A stretch of DNA of 64,000 nucleotides from Mustelus asterias (lineage: Eukaryota): NCBI RefSeq assembly GCF_964213995.1, contig NC_135830.1, forward strand, positions 14,384,001 through 14,448,000, in the 5' to 3' direction. Shown in pieces: positions 40,621 to 51,207 of the stretch (positions within the stretch are counted from its first letter, which is position 1; every line of letters starts with the position of its first letter). Under the pieces are notes generated by a model. The model worked only from the letters and a program-made list of their open reading frames with translations, was not told the origin of the DNA and ran no database searches. The position numbers were made by a program, and so were the translations under genes.

Positions 40621-40989
40621 ATTATTGCAGGACCGGCTGGTGTTCAGCGGCTGAGATACCTGGAATCTGTAAAAAAGGGGTCTGACTAATCAACAAACGG
40701 GGGGAGGAAGCTGACTCAGAAGCTAAGAAGTGTTCTCAGGCATGTTTAAATTATTTTATCATGAATTTTTGATAAGGACTGTGAGGGACTTGTGACTTGA
40801 TAGTCGGTGAAGTGACGGTATACTCCAAGTAGCACTGGACTGAAAAGCAGATCTCTGAGAGTAGATTCTAATGGTTATAATCCTACCCAAGCATGGCCAG
40901 TGACAAATCAGAGCTCAAGTGGGGACTGGACAAGTCTCTTACCTGCCATTTGGAAACTAAGAACAAGAAACTTATCGATTAAAATTATG

Positions 40990-41170
40990 AGAGAATAGAG
41001 CCAACCTTTCGAGTCTGGATGACACTTCGTAAGAGCTCTTATAAAGGGTCATCCAGACTCGAAACATTGGCTCTATTCTGTCCCCACAGATGCTGTCAGA
41101 CCTGCTGAGATTTTCCAGCATTTTCTGGGGTTTTTTCAGATTCCAGTATCCGCAGTATTTTACTTTTATG
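40990..41170. mobile_element. Penelope-derived palindrome
   Basis: agaatagagccaa...tttcgagtctggatgac mirrored by gtcatccagactcgaaa...ttggctctattct around taagagctctta (41030-41041). Confidence 0.65.
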
Positions 41171-43863
41171 ATAAAATGATTAGTTCTGATTGGAATCCCC
41201 ACGACCCTCCCGCAAAACAGAGGGAGTGGTGGCAGAAGGAGAAAAAGGATAAGGATGATAAAGTCTGGGTTCTGATTCTCTGAGCCCATGTAGAATGAAC
41301 AAAATGAGTGAATCAGTTTATAAAGAACAGAAGTTACCCATCCCTAACAAAAACTGATCAAATAAAATAGGTTGAGGAACATAACAAAAAAAATTAATAG
41401 ATGAAGTTTAAAATCATTTGTTTTGTTTTAAACTTGTGTAAAGTGATGTAATTGTGTGCCAAGTTTTTGCTGCTCACTCCCCACCCCTTTAGGTTCTGTA
41501 GAAAAGTTAACCCTTTCAGCAGACAGTTCATTTGTTTTTAAATCGCCCGAAAACTTGTGTGTCTATTTTAGTTCACAATTGAAGATTTATGGGAATTGGC
41601 TAAGATGGGCTTTTGACATTTTTAAAGTATAAAAAAGTGATCTTGAGAAGGCAATTTGGTAGAGAGAGGTGGAGGGAGAGATGTTTACAGAGAAGTGTGG
41701 AGAGATGTTGGTTTTACAAGTTATCCACGTTTTTGGAGCGGTCACTTCATGTCCTGGTCTGAGAGGGATGGAGAGAAGTCTGTTCAATTGTTAATGTTAA
41801 ACTTTCTCCATTAACTGTTAATCGACACTCTGTTTTTTATCTTTCTGACTTGTTACATTTTTAATGATTAACAAACTTTCTGAATTCACCATTTAAAGTA
41901 TTCTTTCTTGCCATATGGTTAAGACACTGGAACCTGGTGTGATTTACGATTGGGGAGGTTTTTGTAAACAAGAGAACCCCCATAAATCTTAGTTCAAATA
42001 AATCAAAGTTCTTACAAATGGAATGTGATCCTTTATTACGAGAGAAATTGAACATAGAAGTAAAGATGTTCTGCTTCAGTTATACCGGGCGTTGCTGAGA
42101 CTGCATCTTGAATACTGGGTGCAGCTTAGTCTCCTATTTAAGAAATGATACAAATGCATTGAAAGTGGTTCAGAGGAGGTTTAATAGTTTGCTTCCCAAT
42201 TCTTGACTCTTACAGTATGAATTTTGTCCGATTTTCCTTGTCTTCACCTCTGACAAAGGGTTATCCTGACTCAAAATTTTGTCTCTATTCTCTCTCTACA
42301 GATGCTGTCAGACTTGCTGAGATTCTCCAGCATTTTCTGTTTCTGTTTCAGATTCCCGTAACAGCAGAATTTTGCCTTTATACCAATTCTTGTTGGATAA
42401 GGGCGTCAAAAGTATCAGGTGTAGAACGGGAATATGGAACTCAACACAAACAGACCAGCCATGATCTAAATAAATGGTGGAGCAGACTCAAAGGGCCAAA
42501 TGGCCGACTTCTGCTCCGATGTCGAATGTTGGTCACAGATTCCTGAGAATTGTGAAACAAGGCTGGAAGATTCGCCTTGCTTGTGTTAGTGGGAAAATGT
42601 CCAGGAGAACCATCACTGTGAAGGACAGTTCTGGGATTAAAGGTTGCCCGACTGGAAAAGGAAAACAATGGAAATAAACTCTTGAGGAGTGAAGAATCAC
42701 TTTGGGCTGGTTTTTGGAGAATTTTGGAGACAGAGTAAAATATAATTGTTCAGTGGGATATTTGATTGTGTTGAGAATAAAAGGACAAAGTTCAATTTTA
42801 CAGAGTAAGGGCAATGTTCCCAACAAAGAACAGTGTTTAATCATTGTTGCTTCCAGTTTGTTGGAGTAAATGTCAAAAAACTTGAAGTTTTGTCATGTGA
42901 TTCTTTAATTTATTCACTGGGTTTAGAATTCATTTTTTAAATTATTGATTGTCACAGAAATTCTAACAGTTCATTTAAAGCCACAAGTTTTGATTTCCCA
43001 TTTGAGCCTGGGGCACCTTTCTGTCTCTCTATTGCTCGTGTCAATGACAGCCAGGCGATGGAGTTGAGGGCTGAATTTAGCTGAGAATAACGAGGCCTGC
43101 GCCCCAGTTGGGAAACTGCCCTGGGCGTCACACTAATAGAGAGACAGGAAGGTGCTGGAGGACTGAGTGGGAAATGGGCCTCCAACCAATTGTTATATCA
43201 GTCACTCAGAGCTAAAGAGAAACCTGTCTCTTTAATTACATATACAGGGAAGAGGCTGCACTGAAATCTGCCCTTCAAACCTGCACAAAAGCAGGAGGCT
43301 GAGATTGACAGGATGCAGGAGTCCATTCAGCCCATCGTGCCCCTGCTATCTCTTTGAAAGGACTCTCTGATTCATCCTACCACACTGATCTGTCCCCACA
43401 GTCCTGCAAATTCTTCCCTTTCAAGTTTTTACCTTTTGGAAAGATTCTATTGAATCTGCTTTCAGGCAGATCAGAACAATTCGCTGTGTCAAAAAATAAA
43501 ATCTTATCTCCCCCTCTGGCTCCTTTGCCAATTACCTTCGAGGGACTCACTTTCTGTTAAAGAGCCTGCCAACCCCTCTCACCCACTTTCCCTAAAGTGC
43601 ATCAATCTCATCAGCAAAAGTCCAGCAAAATCAAATATTTTTACTGATAAAAGTTTATTAATGAAACAGAACATGGTTAAAACAAACAGAAAATGACTTG
43701 AGGATCAAAGACAACCAGAGTAAAAGGATGTTCACAATGTTCTGGACCCAAATGGTTTCTCTCTATCTGTTCCCTGACCTCTTTGTGGTAAAGGCAGAAT
43801 TCTCTGGACAGTAAATTTAAAAAGAAGTTTATTGAATGAAAAAGGTTTACTGAACAACTGAAT

Positions 43864-44920
43864 ACGGTGGCACAGTGGTTACTGCTGCCTTACAGTGCCA
43901 GGGACCTGGGTTCAATTCCTGGCTTAGGTCATTGTCTGTGTGGAGTCTGCACATTCTCCCCATGTCTGCATGGGTTTCCTCCGCGTCCTCCGGTTTCCTC
44001 CCACAGCCCAATGATGTGCAGGTTAGGTGGATTGGCTATGCTAAACTCTCATTCAGTGTACCTGAACAGGCGCCAGAGTGTGGCAACTAGGGGAATTTCA
44101 CAGTAACTTCATTGCAGCGTGAATGTAAGCCTACTTGTGACTAATAAATAAACTTTAAGACATTGACTTTCACAACTTCATGCGGGTGATCAGTCCGTAG
44201 AAGAGTAACCCTCTCTGGCTCCTTCTTTGACAGTAATTCTTGTGGAATTCAGCCTCGGGAGTCTGGCTCCTTCTTTGACAGTAATTTCCTTGGAACTCGG
44301 CCTTGGGAGGCTTCAGAATTTGGTTCACAAGGAAAACCTTCAGAACCTCTACTTTTATCCCCAAAGTGACCGTTACCACATGTCAGAGTTGGGCCTGTTG
44401 GAACATGACAATTGGTCAATTTGGTCTCCAGATTAATTGAATTGGATCCTCAATTACTGACACCACTTTCTCTCATTATCTTAGACAGGAATACAAGAGA
44501 ACTGGTTCATGCTATCCCTTTATCTGATTCTATACAATCCCCTTATTCACACAGTTTCAAATGTTGAGGCTAATCAGAGTTTGAAGATCTCTCTCGCCGG
44601 TACACTACGCCAGCTGCGGCACGGTGGCACAGTGGTTGGCATTGCTGCCTCACAGCGCCAGGGATCTGGTTTCGATTCTCGTTTTGGGTCACTGTCCATG
44701 TGGTGTCTGCACGTTCTCCCCGTGTCTGCGTGGGTTTCCTCCAGCCGCTCCTGTTTCCTTCCCCAGTCTGAAAGACGTGCTGGTTTGGTGCATTGGTCAT
44801 GCTAAATTCTCCCTCAGTGTAACCCGAACAGGCGCCGGATGTGGTGACTAGGGGATTTTCACAGTCACTTCATTGCAGTGTTAATGTGAGCCTACTTGTG
44901 ACACAAATAAATAAACTTTA
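43864..44920 (+). mobile_element. Two V-SINE-like SINEs with alternative tail (43864-44157 and 44615-44920)
   Basis: Same head and core, but tail gaacaggcgcc...cttcattgcag...gcctacttgtgac.aataaataaacttt. Confidence 0.8.
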
Positions 44921-46110
44921 AAAATTTATCTTCATTGCACATTCGTTACATACACAGCAATTAAGATTTTACATTTTAACAGCAAATAAAAACTCAGTCT
45001 TTTACTATAACGACTGATTCATTAATTGTAACTCAATTGAGGATCACTGCTTATTCAATCACCATGATGCCCCTCCGTGGCCACAGGTATCCTTAATGGT
45101 AGGCATGAACCCAGAATGTTTGAGTGATTCAGGTAGATGACTGAAAATTCAGTAAAGAAACTCTCATGTCTGTTTGAGCTACATTGCTGGAAGTAAGCTT
45201 ACCAGCGCTGCTCCAATTACGTTTGCATAATGAATATGGAGTTTAGGGAATGCAGTTGATGAAAAGATCAATAATTGTCTTCGAATCCATACAGTGCAAA
45301 AGGAGGCCATCAGGCTCTTCGAGTCTGCAGTGACTCTCCGACAGGGTATATTTTCCTGGTCCTCTTCCCTGCTCCATCACCGTAACCCCACAGATTTTTC
45401 GTGGCGATTTATTCTAACCCACAAATTTCTGACAAGTTGGCATGCTGAACGCATCTAACCTGCACATCATTGAACTGTCGGAGGAAAAGGGGCACCCCAC
45501 ACAGACACTGGGAGCATCTGCAAACTCCACGTAGCCTGGAACTGAACCCGGATTCCTGGAATTATGAGGCAGCAGTGCTAACCACTGTGACACCACTGTA
45601 CCAATTAATGACAGCCAAGCACGCACGATGGGGTGAATGGTCCATCGCAAGATCTGCAAATGTTCTGAATTTACAGAATTTCTTTGGTGGTTTACACACT
45701 TCGCTGTGCGGAAGTGAGCAGTGAGGATAAGGTGGTGCTGCTCCATTGGATGACTGTCAATGAAACGCAAAATACAGCCATGGTCTGCTCCGCTACTTTT
45801 GCCTTCACTGACTTTGCCCGGGTGCAGACAGCAACGGAATGAATCGTTTCAGTAATTGCTGATGGCGAGTTGTGGGGCTGATCAACAAGGAAGGATCACT
45901 GCTTAAATCTGGTGAACATTATCCATTTCCAAACAATCCAAGAGCGGAGAACACATGTGATCTTAAGTTTGTGTCGTTAACTTTAGCTGTCTCTTATTTA
46001 CACTGCCATTCACATGGTCTCTGGTAATGACGGTTTCATTAAATGAGACAAATAGAAAGGGCACATTGATTGTCAGGTAGCAATGTGAAAACTCCGCAAT
46101 GACGGTAAAT

Positions 46111-46128
46111 CACGCCACCTGCTGGTGG
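46111..46128 (-). promoter_or_regulatory. CTCF-like motif CCACCAGCAGGTGGCGTG
   Basis: Matches the CTCF core CCASYAGRKGGCR; ~400 bp upstream of the pseudo-V ATG. Confidence 0.6.
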
Positions 46129-46522
46129 TTCCGGGTAGCTTTGTTTGTCGAGTTTGTCAAAATCAGTTGTCACCCCTTGAATTATTTGAATTAATTTCCA
46201 GTCATTTGATAGCGATAAGGAGGTTTACAAAAAATGAGAGGTTGGTATAACAAAGAGACGGAAGCAATGAGACAGAGTTATGATGAAAGTCACATGAGAC
46301 ACAGAAGGAACCAGAAAATGCGATTCTTTACAGCTCTCATTTATTGGCGGGGAATATCCATCAGTTCCGGCAGAGTAGCCAATCCTGTCTCTTGGAAATG
46401 CCCCTCAGTTTCTCAAAAAATAAACCCAGATTATAACAGGGGCTACCCTTTACACTGGATTGGAATTATCGGCAGAATTAGAGCATTTTGTTACTTTGCA
46501 TCGAGATGTATACAGGGAAACC

Positions 46523-46951
46523 ATGTGTTCTCCATGCTCCTTACTGATTATAATGATCTTGCTGCCCGGCGGGTCCATTATTAAATGGTAACCATGTCAT
46601 CCAGTGGTTATTTTTAAACCCTGACTTTTGAGCTAATCTGTATTTACGTGACATGAATGAGTGGCAAAACTTCAGTGTTCCAGGCTCATTTCGAATTAAC
46701 AATTCGGGAAGGACAGTGTGGACTGGACTGCAGTTACTTGATAACCTGCACTACCCCAACTCTACTCTGGTACATGCAGTATTCCGGGGAAGCTCCAAGA
46801 TATTTCCTGAAGAAATATAGCTTAGGGGGTTACGAAAGGTCCCCAAACGGAGGTTTTCTGCAGATTTGCAGAAGGGAAATGAAACAGTTCCTTTATATCT
46901 CGCGGGGGCTCTTCTGTCGGATACTGCCGTGTATTTCCGTGCGATGGAGCA
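46523..46951 (+). pseudogene. T-cell receptor alpha/delta-type V pseudogene
   Basis: 46-nt leader MCSPCSLLIIMILLP-G (46523-46568) with GC donor; acceptor mutated (cat| at 46654); V exon SVFQ...LDCSY...LLWYMQYSGEAPRY, frameshift, RFSADLQKGNETVPLYLAGALLSDTAVYFRAM (second conserved Cys changed to Arg). Confidence 0.85.
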
Positions 46952-46990
46952 CACACTGATACAGAGATAGAGCGGATCCAGTCCGAAACC
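46952..46990 (+). other. Degenerate 23-RSS
   Basis: CACACTG (46952-46958), 23-bp spacer, TCCGAAACC (6/9 match to ACAAAAACC). Confidence 0.75.
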
Positions 46991-47014
46991 CCCCAGAATG
47001 GGGGTTCCAGTTGG

Positions 47015-47033
47015 TGGCCAGAAGATGGCGCTG
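47015..47033 (+). promoter_or_regulatory. CTCF-like motif TGGCCAGAAGATGGCGCTG
   Basis: Consensus-like; 24 bp downstream of the RSS nonamer. Confidence 0.6.
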
Positions 47034-48145
47034 TCACACCGATCAATCGGGACAAGAATTAAACCCAGTGAGAGTCACAGAAAAGAACAAAACATAACCC
47101 CCCATGAGAAGAGGTGAGGGACACTTGCGGAATTGTATCAGTTGATTTTAACGCGCGTTCATAATAAAACTCGCCTTTGGAAATCTATTTGATCTATTTC
47201 GTTCACTTAGTGTTTTGAAGCTGTTTCCATGCCTCTCTGTAACATTAAACAACTCTTGTTCATCTCCCCTTTTAGATTTCTGGAGCCTTTGGCCCGAGAC
47301 CAGTTCTCTGGTTTTATTTGATCAGAGTGTGTTGTTGGGTCAGAAACAGTTTATGAAAAATGAACAGATTTCAGAACTCATTGGCTTTGATCATTCAATT
47401 GAATTTCACAATCTTTCCCGAACAGTATTCGAATACTCATCTGATTTACAGAAACGAGGAGCAGCGAGAAACAGATGAACAATGCGGATATGATAAGAAG
47501 TTTAATGCTACCCTGGTATTCGGTGGAGACAGTCAGGGAGATGTGGAAACTGGCTGCTCTGAACTTCGGATTTATTTGAGAAATCAAAGTCGCAACTTTA
47601 TGAAATGTGTTCAGGGTGTGCAAGCTTTCTGGAATGTAGCAATAGTGATCAAATAAACGCTATGAACAGCTCACCCTCAAAGGCCCCCAGAAACTGAAAA
47701 GGGAGACGGAGCGAGTGGTGTTCAATATGGTAAGCAGGCATGGAAAAGGAAGGAAAGGACAAATAGGGACTTCGGGATCAGAGGACGTCACACAAACATG
47801 GAGAACTGTCCGTCTGCTGTGTGTGTGGCGCTTCACGGCCAGGTTTGACGGATGTTTGGGATTTTATCACCCAGGTCTGATTTTAGAGGAATACAGAGTT
47901 GATTAGTAGCAGAAGGGACGATTTAATTGACACATTCATTATGTGATGGACTTGTCGGCCTAAAACGGTTCTGCAGTTTGTTTCCTCGGCCTCTCCTGGA
48001 AACAGTTGGGTGACAGTTGATCCGAGGTGAATATGGTTTCCTGTCGGTTTGTGTTTGAGCGGCTGACAGCGCCGCTGCTCATTGTGGCTGCATCTGCCAG
48101 AGGTTCTATACAGCAGCGAGGAGCTCTGACTTATCTTGCTGAGAC

Positions 48146-48184
48146 AGTTTTTGTACAGGAGTCAGACTGCTTTCCATCACTGTG
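48146..48184 (-). other. Intact 23-RSS
   Basis: Reverse strand CACAGTG (48184-48178), exactly 23-bp spacer, ACAAAAACT (48154-48146). Confidence 0.95.
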
Positions 48185-48643
48185 AGGCTGAAAGCGCAGT
48201 AATACACGGCCGCGTCAGACAACTGCAGACCCGAGATAGTCAAACTGATGGATTTCTTCGAGGTTTGGAGGTCAGTCGAGAAACGGATTTTAGCAAAATC
48301 TGCTTTATCTTCATTACCCCCCGAGTACTTCCACAGTATGTACTCGGGCTGGGAGTCTGGATGCTGTCGGTACCAGTATAAACTATAGTAGGTTTCTGCA
48401 GTATCATAGTTGCAGTTTAATGTCACCGCGTCTCCTTCTGTCTTAACATCTGAGGACAGCGACTGAGTGACAGAATCGCCATGGATCAGACCTGGAAAAT
48501 ATGTTCAGATAGATAAAGAATAGAGTGACGAGTACTCAACAGTAAGATTCAACCCAAGTTTTGGAAATGAGAAAACAAACGTGATGTCCAGATATACCTG
48601 TTAGAAATGCCCCCCACACAATCCAGATGCCGAGTACCCGCAT
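48185..48643 (-). CDS. T-cell receptor alpha/delta V gene segment, apparently functional (leader 48643-48598, intron 48597-48492, V exon 48491-48185)
   Basis: Leader MRVLGIWIVWGAFLT-G|gtatat, tttccag|GLIHGDSVTQSLSSDVKTEGDAVTLNCNY...LYWYRQ...RFSTDLQTSKKSISLTISGLQLSDAAVYYCAFS; both Cys and Trp conserved; 23-RSS follows. Confidence 0.93.
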
Positions 48644-50217
48644 TGTCTCTGTCCGCTCTGTAAAGGAGGAATCGGATATTTGAAGACACCCATTCTAATC
48701 CCCACCCTTAATAATCTGATGACGAGTCTCAGAATGCTCACGCGTCAGTTCCGTGTCTCGCCAGTGGCTCCGTGAGATTGGTAATTGCTCAGATGACTGT
48801 TAGTGAATGGAAGTTCTCCAACTTGTCCTTCATTCGGTGTCCCTGTTGGGCGAATTGTTCCGCTTTGGAAACGGGATGTCAAGAAAAAAAAACTTCATTT
48901 TGTTATTGGAACGGAGGAGCAAGGAGTGTTGATTGATTTGGTGGATTTCCAATCAATGTTCTGTGCACATTTTCTTAGCTTTCGCATCCGAGCATTAGTG
49001 CCTGAGACTCCAGTGAGAGTCCAGAGAACGGTGGAGGCTGAGGGCCATAGAATAATTTTAAAGCTGAGTGAAACCAACATTTTAACTAAAATTTATGCCA
49101 CGGTTCAAGAAGATCAAGGCAGCAAAGTGGATTTAAACAGAAGATCAGATGAACTGTAATCTGACTGAATGGTAGAGCAGATTTGCAGGCAGCCTAATTT
49201 TTGTGTTCGAATGTTCAGATATCAGCGGATGGGCTGTGAGATACTTTGCAATCTTCGTTGTTTTACTAAAGGAACAGGGAAGTCGATCAGTGAGCTCTCG
49301 TTGCCTGTTTATTGTTCCTGAGATAATGTAAAAAGTGTACTGTGGATGTTGTACTGAAACTTGACCGTGCCTGAAATCAGCAGGATTCGGATATCAAATG
49401 GTTATAGTGCAGCTAATTATGACATTGCCTTTTCTTCAAAGGTCCACTCAGGGACAACAAGATGCACTTGGTAGTTGTGGCCCCATCTCATATAATATAC
49501 TGGGAAGTGTCAACTTCAAGAACTTCCGCTTTTTTAACTTAATCATTGTCAACATGGGGTCACTGGAAAAGTAATTCACGGACCCAGAATGATGCTCTGG
49601 GAAAAGTAGATCAATCCCATCATATCAACTGGTTACATTTAAATTCGATTTACGAGAAAAGTAGTCAAAATTCTACCCCAGCAGCTGGTTAAATTTAAAT
49701 GTGATTAATTGATATTGAAAGCTACTCGCAATGATCGTTCCGAACGCGATCACTGCAAATCCACCTGGTTCACGAATGCACTTTGTGGAAGGAAATCTGC
49801 CTTCCTAGCCTGGCCTGGTCTGTGTGTGACTACAGAACAACTGTAGTCACATAACTAACTCTCAAATAGCCCAGCCCGTTTCGAGGACAATTAGTGATGG
49901 ACAAAATCTTGGACTTGTGACCGACACCCAATCAATATTTTTCTTTAAAAAGAGTAGTCATCATTTGATTAATAGTTATACCTAAATTACAGCAGTCAGG
50001 AGAACAGCATATTCTTTACTTTTAATTGGGAAGGAAACGCTAAGTGAAAAAGTGATATATTGACGAGCAGAGGTCCTTCTCCCGAATCAGTAACGTTGCA
50101 GCTCAGGAAATATTCTCCTGGAGTGGAAACACAGATTCACGCCCCCACAACGCTCATAGATCCACCCGCATTTCTGATACAACCAGTGCCAAACAAGTAA
50201 ATCAACAGAAATCTCTT

Positions 50218-50505
50218 CATAGAATCCCTACAGTGCCGAAGGAGGAGCCCATTAAGCTTGCACCGACAACATTCACACCAAGGCCCTATCCCCGTAACCC
50301 CACGTGTTAATCTCCTAATCCCCCTAACACTAAGGGACATGACTATTCCACCTAACCTGCACATTTTTGGACTGTGGGAGGAAACGCACGCAGAGACGGG
50401 GAGAAGGTGAAAACCCCACACAGACAGCTACCCAAGGCCGGAATTGAACCTGGGCCCCCTTTGCTATGAGGCAGGAGTGCCAGCCATTGTGCCACCGTGT
50501 CGCCC
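50218..50505 (-). mobile_element. HE1-like SINE
   Basis: Degenerate full copy. Confidence 0.8.
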
Positions 50506-50637
50506 ATTGACTAATAAAGGATACATGAGGTGAGAGCAGAAAAATGGGACTGCGTGGTTACTGCCAATAGCAGCGATATGCGAATGGTGCCAGAGGTTTT
50601 GTCGCCATCATTTCAAGTTGGGAGAAATATGTGACGA

Positions 50638-50760
50638 CTGCGCCCTCTGGCGGTGACTCAGGTTACGTGACGCTGTCCGCAAGTGCAAGGTTGACGATGG
50701 GCCGTCTCCAGCGGGCTTTTACTGAGAGACGTGTTTTCAAACAATGCAACTATATAAATA
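50638..50760. promoter_or_regulatory. CTCF-like motif (- strand TCACCGCCAGAGGGCGCAG) with adjacent AP-1/CRE-like and TATA-like motifs
   Basis: CTCF-like 50638-50656, TGACTCA 50654-50660, TTACGTGACG ~50663, TATATAAA 50751. Confidence 0.55.
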
Positions 50761-50987
50761 GACGTGAGTGAAATATGAGTAACTTGAAAGAACAATGCAT
50801 TCAGGGTCATTTCTGAATCTCTTCCTTTCTCTCTTTCTCACAGCTTTTGACTTTGTATTTCGCACTCGTAATGTCTCACTTTCCTTCAATTCTCCTTTCA
50901 TACTTTTCTGATTTGTTGTCCTCTGCCCGTAATCTTAAACCGAAAACCAATTCCAGGATTTTGACGCAAGGGAGCGGCGTTACGTAG

Positions 50988-51207
50988 AGCACAGTGGTTA
51001 GCACCGCTGCTTCACAGCTCCAGGGACCTGGGTTCGATTCCCAGCTCGGGTCACTGTCTGTGTGGAGTTTGCACATTCTCCTCGTGTCTGCGTGGGTTTC
51101 CTCCGGGTGCTCCGGTTTCCTCCCACAGTCCAAAGATCTGCGGGTTAGGTTGATTGGCCATGCTAAAAATTGCCCCTTAGTGTCCTGAGATACGTAGGTT
51201 AGAGGGA
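50988..51207 (+). mobile_element. 3'-truncated HE1-like SINE abutting CR1 ORF1
   Basis: Head and core end at gttagagggatt and run directly into CR1 sequence. Confidence 0.85.

Noticed and set aside
43555-45012. Possible solo LTR starting TGTTAAAG
   Set aside because: No matching CA end with a target-site duplication found
45221-45228. Ig octamer-like GTTTGCAT
   Set aside because: Imperfect, and 1.3 kb from the nearest leader
46657-46790. Extra Cys in pseudo-V CDR1, suggesting a NAR-TCR supporting V-delta
   Set aside because: A leader exon is present (supporting Vs lack one), no NAR V nearby, and the segment is decayed
47480-47552. J-like peptide NATLVFGGDSQGDVETG after a heptamer-like CAATGCG
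   Set aside because: No FGxG motif, no nonamer at 12 or 23 bp, no GT donor
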